This document shows, piece by piece, positions 22,501-31,203 of a DNA stretch of 64,000 nucleotides (position 1 is the first letter of the stretch; each line of letters begins with the position of its first letter). Made by a program: the position numbers and the translations under genes. The stretch is from contig CAYTCI010000001.1 of assembly GCA_964436305.1 (NCBI GenBank), forward strand, positions 48,037 through 112,036. The letters run 5' to 3'. Under the pieces are notes generated by a model that worked only from the letters and a program-made list of their open reading frames with translations, was not told where the DNA came from and made no database searches. This stretch comes from an uncultured Cytophagia bacterium (GTDB lineage Bacteria; Zhuqueibacterota; Zhuqueibacteria; Residuimicrobiales; Residuimicrobiaceae).

Positions 22501-25500
22501 CTCAATACCAAGCGTCTTGCCCTGCTCTATGAGATTGGGGAACGCTATCAGGCCGCGATCGATTATTATCAGGCCGCCGCCGAGATTGAGAAGAGGGGGA
22601 ACAATCTCGTCGACCTGATGCGCAGCTATCGCAGCGTGGCCTACAACTACCTCCGCCTCAACGAGCCGCAGGAGGCGATCCTCTATGCCCGCCGTGCCCT
22701 CGAACTGCTCGACAGCGGCAAGATCAAAAAGATCAAGGGCGAAAGCAGCCGGATGGAGATCGGATTCCTTGGCTGGTATTTCCCGGTCCCCTTTATCGAT
22801 TTCAGCACGATGGGGGTGAATTCGCTCAAGAGTTTTACCACCGAGGACGAGCGCGCACTGCTCTTCTCCATTTTCGCCGACAGCTACCAGCAAAACCGCG
22901 AGTATGATTCCGCCATCGAGTTCGTCCGCAAAAAAAGCGAGCTCTTTCACAAGCGCAAGAACTATCGTGCCGAGGCGACCTTTGAGAACAATCTGGCCTA
23001 TATCTGTTATCTCAAAGGCGATTATCGCGAGGCGTGGCGCCACTATGGCCGCTCCCTCAGGCTGTGCCAGGAGTACAAGATCGCCGATGGCGTTATTCAG
23101 AACAGCATCAATCTGGGGCGGCTCGCCAGCGGAATGAACCTGCAGCAGCAATTGGGGCGAGAGGCGAGCGGCACTTTGGTGGCACAGCGGCACTATGCCG
23201 ACTCGGCGGCGGTGGTGCTCAAGGATGCCCTGCGTTTTCTCGAGCAAAGTACGCTCTTTTACGGGCGGGATCGTTCGCAGCTGCTGCTGCAGCTGGCCGA
23301 GGTCCTGTTGATCGAGCCGCAGCCGGCTGGGGGGGGAAGTGCTGCCACCGGATTGCCCGGCACGCTGGCACGACTGGATCAGCTGGGCCAGGCCAAACTC
23401 TACCTCGACGAGGCGCTCGATCTCAGTCGCCGTTACGGGCTCGAGCGCAACGAGCTGGCGGCCGATTTTGCCATCGCCGAGGTCTACCGCAATGCGGGCG
23501 ATACCGATCAGGCCTGGGAGCAGCTCAACCGCTGCCGCCGCCTGGCCCTGCGCCAGGGCGAATTCGAGCTCGCCTGGCGGATCGACCTCGCCCTTGGCGA
23601 TCTGGTTGACGAGATGAGCCGCGAGAGCAAATTCCGGTATGCCATCCAGAAGACACCGCTGGAATTCTACCTGGAAGCGGTCGATCTGCTCGAGGCGCAC
23701 TCCGCCGTTTCGGTCGGGGCGATGGCGAGCGATTCGCGCCGGGTGCGTCTGCAGCCCTATAACCGGGTAATCACCGCCCTGGCCCGGATGGGCGATCAGA
23801 AAGGCGCCCTGGTCTTCGCCGAACGCCAGCGCGCCAAGCTCTTTCTGGATCTGAGCCGCCAGGAAACGATTGAACTGCGCAAGGAGCGGCACAAGATTTT
23901 TCTCGGCAACGCCCGTTACGTCCAGGATCGGATCGATGTCCTCAGCAGCGAGCTCTTGCGCGCCCGCAGCCAGAGCGACATTACCGCCAAGCAGGTGCGG
24001 GCATGGCGACAGGAACGGGAGAAGTACCAGCAGGAATATGAGGAGATCCTGCAGCAGGTCCGCAGCGAGGTGCCGGAGCTCGAGGGCATGGTGCGCGTGC
24101 AGCCGGTCGAACTGCTGCGGCTGCAGCGGACGCTGCAAAACCGGGAGGCGGTGGTCGTCAATCAGCTGCTGCCGGCCGGGATGCTGGTCTGGACCATCCG
24201 GCCGCAGTCGATTGACATGGGGGAGATCCCTCTCGCCGGAGCGGAGGTGGCGGCCGCGCTGCGCCGCTGGAGCGAGGCGGGGCAGGCGGCCACGATCCTG
24301 CAGGATACCCTCTGGCAGGCGATGACCGCCCCCCTGCTGCGACTGCCGGTGGAGGTACAGCGCCTGGTCGTCATCCCGGACGGTGCGCTGCTCGGTATGC
24401 CCTGGGGTGCCTCCGTACAGGCCGCCCGGGGGCATGAGCTGGCTGTCACGCTCAGCTCCAGTCTGACCGGCTATTATTATGCCGAGCAAAAACGCAAACT
24501 GCAGGGTGACACGATCCACCTCGCTGATAATCCGCCGCTCGCCGGCAGCGATTCCTTTGTCGCCTGGGAGCGCGGGCTTTTCTACAGTGGGCTGCCGGGA
24601 TTCCTGACAAGCCTGTGGCCAGGGGATCAGGCCCGTGAACGCGAATTTTTCGACCTCTTTTATTCCCATCTCAAGAGCATGCCGCCAGCCGCCGCCCTGG
24701 CGCTGACACAGCGGGATTTGGCGGGCCGTGGTCTCCCCTTTTCGGAATGGGGACGCTTTCAGTACTATGGATTCGGGGGCATGACCGAGGCGGAGGAGCG
24801 TCAGTTCGCCGTCGAGGGTTTTACCGGGACCGTACGCCGCGGCCACAGCGCCTTCCAGCTGGGCGAATGGCACGACGCCATCGCCTTCTATGAGGAGGCG
24901 ATGCAGATGGCCGAACGCCAGGGCGATAGCGAGAGTAAAACCCGACTGGAGGAGCGCATCCTTGAAGCGGCGGTCAATGGCGGCTTTTGGAGCAAGGCGA
25001 TCGAGATTCAGCAGCGCGCCCTGCAGACGGCGAAAGGCGCCGGCAAGGTCGATGCCCTCGCCAGCAGCCTGAACAATCTCGCCTACTTTTATACGCGCAA
25101 CGGCCAGTATGACGAGGGCGTTGCCGCGAAAAAAGAGTATGCCGAGCTGGCGCAAAAATACGGTCTGCAGGAGCAGGAGGCGCAATCCCTGCGCGAAACC
25201 GGGCTGATCTATGAACGCGGCGGACAATACGACCAGGCCATGGCGCTCTTCGATCAGGCCTTTGCACTCTACGAACGGATTGGCAAACCCCTCGGCATGG
25301 GCCAGTCTCTGCGGGACAAGGGCCGCATCGAATTTCTCTATCGCGACCATTACACGGCGGCGCTGGCGCTGCAGGAGCAGGCGCTGGCGCTGCTGCGCTC
25401 CGAGGCGGCGGGGAGCGATTTGATCGATGCCCTGCACAATCTCGGCATTACCCACGAAAAAATGGGCGAGTATCCCGCGGCGCTGCGGATCCAGACCGAG

Positions 25501-27687
25501 GCCCTGGCCATTGCGCGTAAAAACGGCAGCGACAGAGAGGTGGCCCTTTCGCAGCAAAACCTCGCCAATGTGCAGTGGAAAATGGGGGAGTACCAGGCGG
25601 CCCTGGCCAACCAGAATGCGGCCCTGGAGACCTTTACCCGGCTGAATGAGGAACCGCTGCTGCAAACGGCCTATGCGACGCGGGGTTTGCTCGCCCTCAG
25701 CCTGGGCCAGCCGCAGCAGGCCCTCGAGTTCGAGCAAAAGGCGCTCGTGATCGCCACTCGGCTCGATGACCGTCTCAATCAGGCGACCATACAGAAAAAC
25801 CTCGGCATGATCTATCGCGCCGATGGCCGTTTCGAGCTGGCCCGCGCCAGCTTTGAGCAGGCCCGCGTGCAGGACTCGCTGCTGGTCTCCCGGCGCGGCC
25901 TGGCCTACGATTATCGCAATCTCGCGGCCATCTATGGCCTGATCGGCCGCGGCCCGGAGGGGGTGGGGCTGGCTCGCCGGGCCCTGGATTTGAGCCGCGA
26001 TATTCTCGACCGCCGCAATGAAGCGCAGAGCCTGCTCGTTCTCGGAACCCTGCAGCGGCGGTTCGGGGCGCCCGACTCGGCCCGGCGTCATCTGGCTATG
26101 GCGGCGGCCCTGGCCGATTCAATGTTCATGCCCGACATCGGCTGGCGGGCCCAACGGCAGTTGGCTGATCTGTACGATGCCGAAAAAAATCGCAGCAGCC
26201 AGATCGCTGCCCTCTATGCCAGTCTGGAGATCATCGAAGGTCTGCGCGCCCGCATCCGGGTGGAGGACTACGCCGCCGGCTTCATCGATGACAAGCTCGA
26301 GGTCTACGGCGCCCTGATCGACGTGCTGGCGGCGGCGGAGCGCACCGGTGAGGCACTCGAAGTGGCCGAGCGCGCCCGCGCCCGCGGTTTCCTCGACCTG
26401 CTCGGTCAGAAGCAGATCCCCTTCGCCGACCCGGCCGATGCCCGCCTGGCCGCGGCCGGCGACAGCCTGCAAACGGAACTGGCCCGCGCCCAGAGTGAGC
26501 TTCTCTACCTGCAGACACAAAACGATCCCCTGCAGGCGCAGCATCTGCGTCAGCTGCAGGAACGGATCGGGATGCTGCGCCGCAGCTATTCGGACCATCT
26601 CACCCGCGTCCGCACCACCAATCCCGAGCTCTCCACCCTGCTGGAGGTCCGGCCCCTGGGCAAAGAGGCGATCCAGAGGCTCGTCCCGGAAAAAGGTGGC
26701 ATGCTGGTCTATCATCTCCTGCGCGACCGTCTCTTCATCTGGCTGGTCACACCGCAAGCCATCCAGCTGCAGCGTGTGGAGATCGGCGAGGCGGCGCTGG
26801 CGGAGCAGGTCTCGACGCTGCGCCGTACCCTCGGTCGTCAGCTCTCGATAGACGAGATCGCACGCACCCTCCACGATGAGCTGATCAAACCCTTCGGCGC
26901 GGAGATCGCCCGCTGCGGCCACCTGGTGATCCTGCCGCACGGCGCCCTGCATTACCTGCCCTTTGCCGTGCTGCAGGATGACGCGAAACGCTATCTCGGG
27001 GTCGAACACACCCTCTCCTTCGCTGCCAGCGCCTCGGTGCTCGCCAGCTGTTTGGCCAGGGGGGAGTCCTATGTCAGTCAGGAGAAACGGCAGATGCACG
27101 TCCTCGCCTTCGGGGATCCCGACCTGGGCGACCACCAGTACGATCTCCCCTTTGCCGAGCGCGAGGCGGCCAGCCTGAAGCGGTACTATCCGCAGGTCAC
27201 ACTCTTCACCGGTCCCGAGGCCAGCGAGACCCACCTGCGGGCGGCCTTGCCCTCGCCGCCACTGGTGCTTTTCAGCTGCCATGGCGTTTATGATGAGGCC
27301 AACCCCCTGCTCTCCGCACTGCTGCTGGCGCCGGACGGCCGTAACGACGGGCGTCTGGAGGCGCACGAGATCTTTGCCCTCAAGATGGAGGCCTATCTGG
27401 TGGCGATGAGCGCCTGCGAGACCGGGATCGGGGCGCTGCGCAGCGGCGATGAGATGATCGGTCTGACGCGCAGTTTCACCTATGCGGGGGCGGCCTCGCA
27501 GCTGGCCACGCTGTGGAAGGTGGACGATCTGGCGGCGGCGGTGCTGGTCAAGCGCTTTTTCCGCCATCTGGCTGAGGGTGAGTCGCGGCCGGAGGCGCTG
27601 CGCAAGGCGCAGCAGATCGTTGCGGCGGAGCTCAATCCCTATCCCGCCTTCTGGGCAGCTTTCCAGATCAGCGGCGATTATCGCTGA
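19540..27687 (+). CDS. giant exported PD40(TolB-like propeller)-TPR-CHAT protease-like protein (2,715 aa)
   Basis: Signal-like N-terminus MERRLFLLIALSLLVPLGRPAPVVAQQ. PD40 blades (SPDGKFLAYVS, SPDGKKIAWVSDASGRDEIW, WSPDASRIIF, SSDRGGNLDIWSI). Very long TPR arrays. C-terminal CHAT with HLVILPHGALHYLPF, FSCHG (His codon 27280-27282), MSACETG (Cys codon 27415-27417) and FWAAFQISGDYR. Confidence 0.9.
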   Translation: MERRLFLLIALSLLVPLGRPAPVVAQQPDLRQVTTHPDIDLSPRLSPDGKFLAYVSRQTYNFDIWIKSTTSTRSRQVTFNKADDFYPVWYPDSRSLVFVSQKEDAAGDIWRIRFREVKGDLIPRGEPEKISHYQGFDSYPTVSPDGKKIAWVSDASGRDEIWFHNDNTGKTSQLTFLGGTHPAWSSRQDLIAFTSFRAGPACGGDIWLMNLHGPRPQEEADSSWWDPRENPVYRLTRSGAADGFPTWSPDASRIIFLRFSQDTNGDSLLTPADRGALWSMAPAPAPEQPTLSSSPLAGLLLPSFNPALVRRAMPLTSDSDTIMQPWCGGDSRVYFSSDRGGNLDIWSIPLDGPVPRAATAAEQYRWAEATFPLPERASRWYLGPLLTGYQSIQPDAEEGRILNERFLALRRLADFFPDSSRHTAEALYGMGVVAMLQGDEELARTCLHLVLSRYGSERQTAAWTELALLGLQEGGTGADASRTARLKRGVDDILQRYADQSAPAAAGRLAIGDLYAAAGDQTRAFQEYARVRKEYPGERDACAASQLKIGDLFRRFASQEEVVQAYLRVIDDYPDQRQWMLPARDRVLDLLIAGRSGAAAYIARYREIVGLYRRYPELAAEAQFRIGNLLLTGKEYRAAILEFEAVETLFPDLVDEVFAARMSRAEAYLRLGDSATALSLLDQLSKEEQATRPDLAEQASDRLVAALLSSADHLRASGDLQLAALRYRNAWERDLRNLHAHRGYLECLYYQKKIDQAIDEYRQLNILHPKDNILTYALGLAYSYKGTEKAELYNDPDGLDPVFLVNRSSAVIARALSYDYTMVPGYLTIAFNFEMMENYEARQQARAIHPVRRAWKALTAPIVDIYHRLTFYEERKPARYYERAIHELNKAIVLNDENKEPLLEANLALNLANNYYSLGEFGFDKAYAYYQVKLLYDSTFIDKQREALIYERMGHCALVTEDLEKGPRFLKHAIALYAAMDKETKVLLNTKRLALLYEIGERYQAAIDYYQAAAEIEKRGNNLVDLMRSYRSVAYNYLRLNEPQEAILYARRALELLDSGKIKKIKGESSRMEIGFLGWYFPVPFIDFSTMGVNSLKSFTTEDERALLFSIFADSYQQNREYDSAIEFVRKKSELFHKRKNYRAEATFENNLAYICYLKGDYREAWRHYGRSLRLCQEYKIADGVIQNSINLGRLASGMNLQQQLGREASGTLVAQRHYADSAAVVLKDALRFLEQSTLFYGRDRSQLLLQLAEVLLIEPQPAGGGSAATGLPGTLARLDQLGQAKLYLDEALDLSRRYGLERNELAADFAIAEVYRNAGDTDQAWEQLNRCRRLALRQGEFELAWRIDLALGDLVDEMSRESKFRYAIQKTPLEFYLEAVDLLEAHSAVSVGAMASDSRRVRLQPYNRVITALARMGDQKGALVFAERQRAKLFLDLSRQETIELRKERHKIFLGNARYVQDRIDVLSSELLRARSQSDITAKQVRAWRQEREKYQQEYEEILQQVRSEVPELEGMVRVQPVELLRLQRTLQNREAVVVNQLLPAGMLVWTIRPQSIDMGEIPLAGAEVAAALRRWSEAGQAATILQDTLWQAMTAPLLRLPVEVQRLVVIPDGALLGMPWGASVQAARGHELAVTLSSSLTGYYYAEQKRKLQGDTIHLADNPPLAGSDSFVAWERGLFYSGLPGFLTSLWPGDQAREREFFDLFYSHLKSMPPAAALALTQRDLAGRGLPFSEWGRFQYYGFGGMTEAEERQFAVEGFTGTVRRGHSAFQLGEWHDAIAFYEEAMQMAERQGDSESKTRLEERILEAAVNGGFWSKAIEIQQRALQTAKGAGKVDALASSLNNLAYFYTRNGQYDEGVAAKKEYAELAQKYGLQEQEAQSLRETGLIYERGGQYDQAMALFDQAFALYERIGKPLGMGQSLRDKGRIEFLYRDHYTAALALQEQALALLRSEAAGSDLIDALHNLGITHEKMGEYPAALRIQTEALAIARKNGSDREVALSQQNLANVQWKMGEYQAALANQNAALETFTRLNEEPLLQTAYATRGLLALSLGQPQQALEFEQKALVIATRLDDRLNQATIQKNLGMIYRADGRFELARASFEQARVQDSLLVSRRGLAYDYRNLAAIYGLIGRGPEGVGLARRALDLSRDILDRRNEAQSLLVLGTLQRRFGAPDSARRHLAMAAALADSMFMPDIGWRAQRQLADLYDAEKNRSSQIAALYASLEIIEGLRARIRVEDYAAGFIDDKLEVYGALIDVLAAAERTGEALEVAERARARGFLDLLGQKQIPFADPADARLAAAGDSLQTELARAQSELLYLQTQNDPLQAQHLRQLQERIGMLRRSYSDHLTRVRTTNPELSTLLEVRPLGKEAIQRLVPEKGGMLVYHLLRDRLFIWLVTPQAIQLQRVEIGEAALAEQVSTLRRTLGRQLSIDEIARTLHDELIKPFGAEIARCGHLVILPHGALHYLPFAVLQDDAKRYLGVEHTLSFAASASVLASCLARGESYVSQEKRQMHVLAFGDPDLGDHQYDLPFAEREAASLKRYYPQVTLFTGPEASETHLRAALPSPPLVLFSCHGVYDEANPLLSALLLAPDGRNDGRLEAHEIFALKMEAYLVAMSACETGIGALRSGDEMIGLTRSFTYAGAASQLATLWKVDDLAAAVLVKRFFRHLAEGESRPEALRKAQQIVAAELNPYPAFWAAFQISGDYR

Positions 27688-27847
27688 GGGCGAAGCGGGC
27701 GGGCAAAAAAGAGCGGGGTATCCGGCAAAAAGCAGTTGCGTCGCACGGAAAAACTTGATAATTTAGCCCAGGCTGCACCCGGCCGCGGCGAACCGGGTGG
27801 CGGAGCAAATCCCTGTTGGCAGGTTGAATCCTAACCGGTGAAGGCCC

Positions 27848-29122
27848 ATGAAAAAGACCCTCGCATTGATCCTGGCCGGCGGCCGGGTCGATGAACTCTC
27901 CGTATTGACGCTGTATCGTCCCAAATCGGCTTTGCCCTTTGGCGGGCTCTTCCGGGTCATCGATTTTCCCCTCAGCAATCTGCTCCATTCCGGCATCGAA
28001 CGCGTCGGGATCCTCTCGCAATACCGTTCCGACTCCCTCATCAATCATATCGGCTCGGGTGCGGGCTGGGATATGATCGGCAGCCAGCGTGGGATCACCA
28101 TGCTGCCGCCGATGAAGGGGACGCAGAGTTCCGACTGGTACCGGGGGACGGCCGATGCGGTCTACCAGAATCGTGAGTTCATCGCCCGCCATCATCCGGA
28201 TTACATCCTGGTGCTCTCCGGCGATCACATTTATCGGATGGATTATCAGGAGATGATCGCCTTTCATGAACGGATGGAGGCCGATCTCACCTGCGCCTTC
28301 GTTGAAGCCCCGGCCGGCGGCATGGAGCGTTTTGGCCAGGGGGTCATCGAGGGCGACGATCCCATGGGCGGGCGCCTCTCCCGTTATGTCGAAAAGCCTA
28401 ACGAATCGATCTCTCCCTGGGCCTCGATGACGATCTACCTCTTCAGCCGCGACACCCTGCGCTACATCCTCGATGAGATGATGCAGCCGCCGGCGACCGA
28501 GCATTTCGGCCGCGACATTCTGCCGGTGCTGATCGGCAAGAAGAAGGTTTTCGGCTACAAGTTCCGCGGGCCCTGGGGCTATACCCGCACCATCGACGAA
28601 TATTATGCGGCCAGCATGGCCCTGCTCTCCGAGACGCCGGCGCTGCGGCTGGAAGAATGGCCGGTCCGCACCAATCTCGACAATGAGCGCATCCGCGACC
28701 GCGCGCCGGCCTTGATCGGCGCCGGTGCCGAGTGCAGCAAGACCCTGCTGCATCATGGCTGCGAGATCCAGGGCAAGGTGTACAACTCGATCCTCTTCCC
28801 CGGCGTGCGGGTCAAGGCCGGGGCAACGGTCGAAAACTCGATCCTGATGTTCGACACTGTCGTCGAGCAGGGCGCCCGTCTGAGCCGGGTCATCGCCGAC
28901 GTCGAGGTGACGATCGGCCCCAATGCGGTCATCGGCGACGGCGAGGAGAGCGGCGCCAACACCGAATATCCCGATCTGCTCAATTCCGGCCTTACCCTCA
29001 TCGGCCGCAACACCCGCCTCCCCGGCGGCATGCGCGTGGGGCGGAACTGCATCGTCTATCCCAACAAAAAGGAAGCCGATTTCTCGAGCCTGAATATTGC
29101 CAATGGAAGGACCCTCAAATGA
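27848..29122 (+). CDS. glucose-1-phosphate adenylyltransferase paralog with degenerate nucleotide-binding loop (GlgD-like, probable regulatory subunit)
   Basis: ADP-Glc PPase fold (RPKSALPFGGLFRVIDFPLSN, WYRGTADAVYQN, LSGDHIYRMDY, C-terminal left-handed beta-helix). The G-rich loop reads LAGGRVDEL instead of LAGGxGxRL. Confidence 0.82.
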   Translation: MKKTLALILAGGRVDELSVLTLYRPKSALPFGGLFRVIDFPLSNLLHSGIERVGILSQYRSDSLINHIGSGAGWDMIGSQRGITMLPPMKGTQSSDWYRGTADAVYQNREFIARHHPDYILVLSGDHIYRMDYQEMIAFHERMEADLTCAFVEAPAGGMERFGQGVIEGDDPMGGRLSRYVEKPNESISPWASMTIYLFSRDTLRYILDEMMQPPATEHFGRDILPVLIGKKKVFGYKFRGPWGYTRTIDEYYAASMALLSETPALRLEEWPVRTNLDNERIRDRAPALIGAGAECSKTLLHHGCEIQGKVYNSILFPGVRVKAGATVENSILMFDTVVEQGARLSRVIADVEVTIGPNAVIGDGEESGANTEYPDLLNSGLTLIGRNTRLPGGMRVGRNCIVYPNKKEADFSSLNIANGRTLK

Positions 29123-30375
29123 GAAATACCGTCGCGTTACTGCTCGCCGGCGGCATGGGCAGCCGCCTCAATATCCTGGGATGGATGCGCGCCAAGCCGG
29201 CCGTCCCCTTCGGCGGCTGCTATCGGCTCATCGATTTCACTCTCAGCAATGCGATGTATTCCGGGATTCAGCAGATCGGCATTCTCACCCAGTACCGGCC
29301 CTACTCCCTCATGGGCCACATCGGCTCGGGCGAATCCTGGGATCTGGTCGGACGCAGCCGCTGCGCCAAGGTGCTGCCGCCGAGCACCGGCATCGACGAT
29401 TATGACTGGTACCGCGGCACCGCCGACGCCGTCGCCCAGAACATGCAGTTTGTCCACCATTATCATGCCGAGCGCCTGCTGGTCCTCTCCGGGGACCATA
29501 TCTATCGCATGGACTACGCCCCGATGGTCGAGTTTCACAAGGAGAAGAAAGCGCACATCACCATCGCGATGATGCGCGTGCCCTGGGAGGAGACGCGCCA
29601 TTTCGGCATCGGCATCACCAACAAAGAGCAGCGCATCGTCGAGTGGGAGGAAAAACCGGAGAAGGCGAAGAGCAATCTTGCCTCGATGGGCGTCTACGTC
29701 TTCGATACGGCCTATCTGGCGGATGCCCTGGCCAAGCGCAGCGGCCATGATTTCGGCAAAAACATTATTCGCGATGCAATCCAGGCGAAAAGTGTCTACG
29801 CCTACCCCTTTGAGGGCTATTGGGCCGATGTCGGGACGATCAAGGCCTACTGGCAGGCGAGCATGGATATCCTGCTGCCTGAATCGGGCCTCCGGCTGCA
29901 GGAGTGGGGGGTGCGTACCAATTTCGACGAGGAGGGGCTCGAGGGCGACCGGCCGCCGGTGCATATCGGCAGCGAGGCGCAGGTGATCAATTCACTGGTC
30001 TCGGCGGGCTGCCGGATCGAGGGTTTTGTGCAGAACAGCATCCTCTCGCCGGGCGTTCGTGTCGAAAAAGGCGCCGAGGTGATCGATTCGGTGATCATGC
30101 AGGACACCGTGGTGAGCGCCAAAGCCCGGCTCTTCCGGGTGATCGCCGACAAGAATGCCCGCTTCGGCGAGGGGGTCATCGCCGGGGGTGTCGAGGCCGA
30201 TGAACCCAACGAAAAATATCCCGAGCATCTCTACAGCGGCCTGACGGTCATCGGCAAGCGCGCGGATATCCCGGCCGGAGTGCAGATTGCCGCCAACACC
30301 ATCGTCGAGCCGCTGGCCTCCGCCAGCAGTTTTTCCGGCATCACCCTGCGGACCGGTTCCTATGTGAAACGCTGA
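29119..30375 (+). CDS. glgC: glucose-1-phosphate adenylyltransferase (catalytic-type GlgC)
   Basis: Canonical LLAGGMGSRL, RAKPAVPFGGCYRLIDFTLSN, WYRGTADAVAQN, LSGDHIYRMDY. The ATG at 29119 overlaps the upstream stop (ATGA). The track ORF start at 28732 is an out-of-gene extension. Confidence 0.93.
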   Translation: MRNTVALLLAGGMGSRLNILGWMRAKPAVPFGGCYRLIDFTLSNAMYSGIQQIGILTQYRPYSLMGHIGSGESWDLVGRSRCAKVLPPSTGIDDYDWYRGTADAVAQNMQFVHHYHAERLLVLSGDHIYRMDYAPMVEFHKEKKAHITIAMMRVPWEETRHFGIGITNKEQRIVEWEEKPEKAKSNLASMGVYVFDTAYLADALAKRSGHDFGKNIIRDAIQAKSVYAYPFEGYWADVGTIKAYWQASMDILLPESGLRLQEWGVRTNFDEEGLEGDRPPVHIGSEAQVINSLVSAGCRIEGFVQNSILSPGVRVEKGAEVIDSVIMQDTVVSAKARLFRVIADKNARFGEGVIAGGVEADEPNEKYPEHLYSGLTVIGKRADIPAGVQIAANTIVEPLASASSFSGITLRTGSYVKR

Positions 30376-30395
30376 CCGGTGGAATGGTTGCGATC

Positions 30396-30424
30396 AGCGC
30401 CCGGACCACCGGGCGCTTTTTTTT
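30396..30424 (+). terminator. Rho-independent terminator after glgC
   Basis: Stem agcgcccgg (30396-30404) with ccgggcgct (30409-30417), loop acca, then T8. Confidence 0.8.
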
Positions 30425-30429
30425 ATGAC

Positions 30430-31203
30430 CTAAAACCTGAGTGAGAAGGTGGATTTGGTGATGGTGTCCAGCTTTTTTACCCCTTCGGGCGGCCGGCTGT
30501 CGCGGCGGAGGGTGAAGCCGAGCTTGAGAGTGAGAAAGGTCGTGAGGCCTATGGCCAGGGCGTTTTCGGAAAGGATGCGGTGGTCGCGCCAGTCGTTCAG
30601 GGCGGGCTGGAAATAACTCACGCTGAGCAGGGAGAGGCCGCCCTCGCGCCCGAGTTCCCAGGTGGCATAGGTGCTGAGCCGGTGGGTTGAGAGCTCGTGG
30701 GGATGGCGGTTGCCCGCCGCCAGGTCGTAACGCTCGCGTTCGAACATCCAGGCGGCGCCGAGGCGCAGCTTGGCCAACTGCGAGGTGAGCATCTTGAGCC
30801 GGATCCCCAGACCGGCCAGTTCGCGGCCACTCAGGTGGCGCTTGCGGTTGCTGTCGAACTGGACGAACCATTCATTCTGCAGCCGGTCGCTCAGCAAAAA
30901 GACATGGCGCAGGTGGGCGGTGTTCTGATCCATGAAACGATCGCCGTTGCTCCAGCCGATGCTGCCGTTAAGGACCAGGAAAGTATACGCTGTGGTCCAG
31001 TTGTAGTTGAGACGGCTGTTGAGCCCGATCAGGCGAAAATCGGTGTTGCCGGTCATGACGGTGAGGTCGAGATCGAGGTTGCCCTCGAATCCCTTTTTCT
31101 GGGTGGCATGGCGGAAGCGTTCGGTATTGATCTGTGCCTGCGCGGCGGGGAGCGCGGCGAGCAGCGACAGCAGCAGGGCGAGGATCCGGGCGGTGCGATT
31201 CAT
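30430..31203 (-). CDS. outer-membrane beta-barrel protein, DUF481/YdiY-like
   Basis: Signal peptide MNRTARILALLLSLLAALPAAQAQ, alternating amphipathic beta-strand pattern, terminal aromatic residue (FSLRF). The DUF481 assignment comes from remembered pattern only. Confidence 0.55.
   Translation of the reverse strand: MNRTARILALLLSLLAALPAAQAQINTERFRHATQKKGFEGNLDLDLTVMTGNTDFRLIGLNSRLNYNWTTAYTFLVLNGSIGWSNGDRFMDQNTAHLRHVFLLSDRLQNEWFVQFDSNRKRHLSGRELAGLGIRLKMLTSQLAKLRLGAAWMFERERYDLAAGNRHPHELSTHRLSTYATWELGREGGLSLLSVSYFQPALNDWRDHRILSENALAIGLTTFLTLKLGFTLRRDSRPPEGVKKLDTITKSTFSLRF

Noticed and set aside
21667-26091. 1,474-aa minus-strand ORF inside the CHAT giant gene
   Set aside because: It is antisense to a sense frame with clear TPR periodicity and CHAT motifs. 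The translation shows no signal, motif or repeat logic. Shadow ORF.
28732-29118. 5' extension of the glgC ORF overlapping the GlgD-like gene in another frame
   Set aside because: The extension translates to Arg/Pro/Gly-rich sequence. The canonical GlgC N-terminus (MRNTVALLLAGGMGSRL) starts at 29119 with an ATGA overlap.
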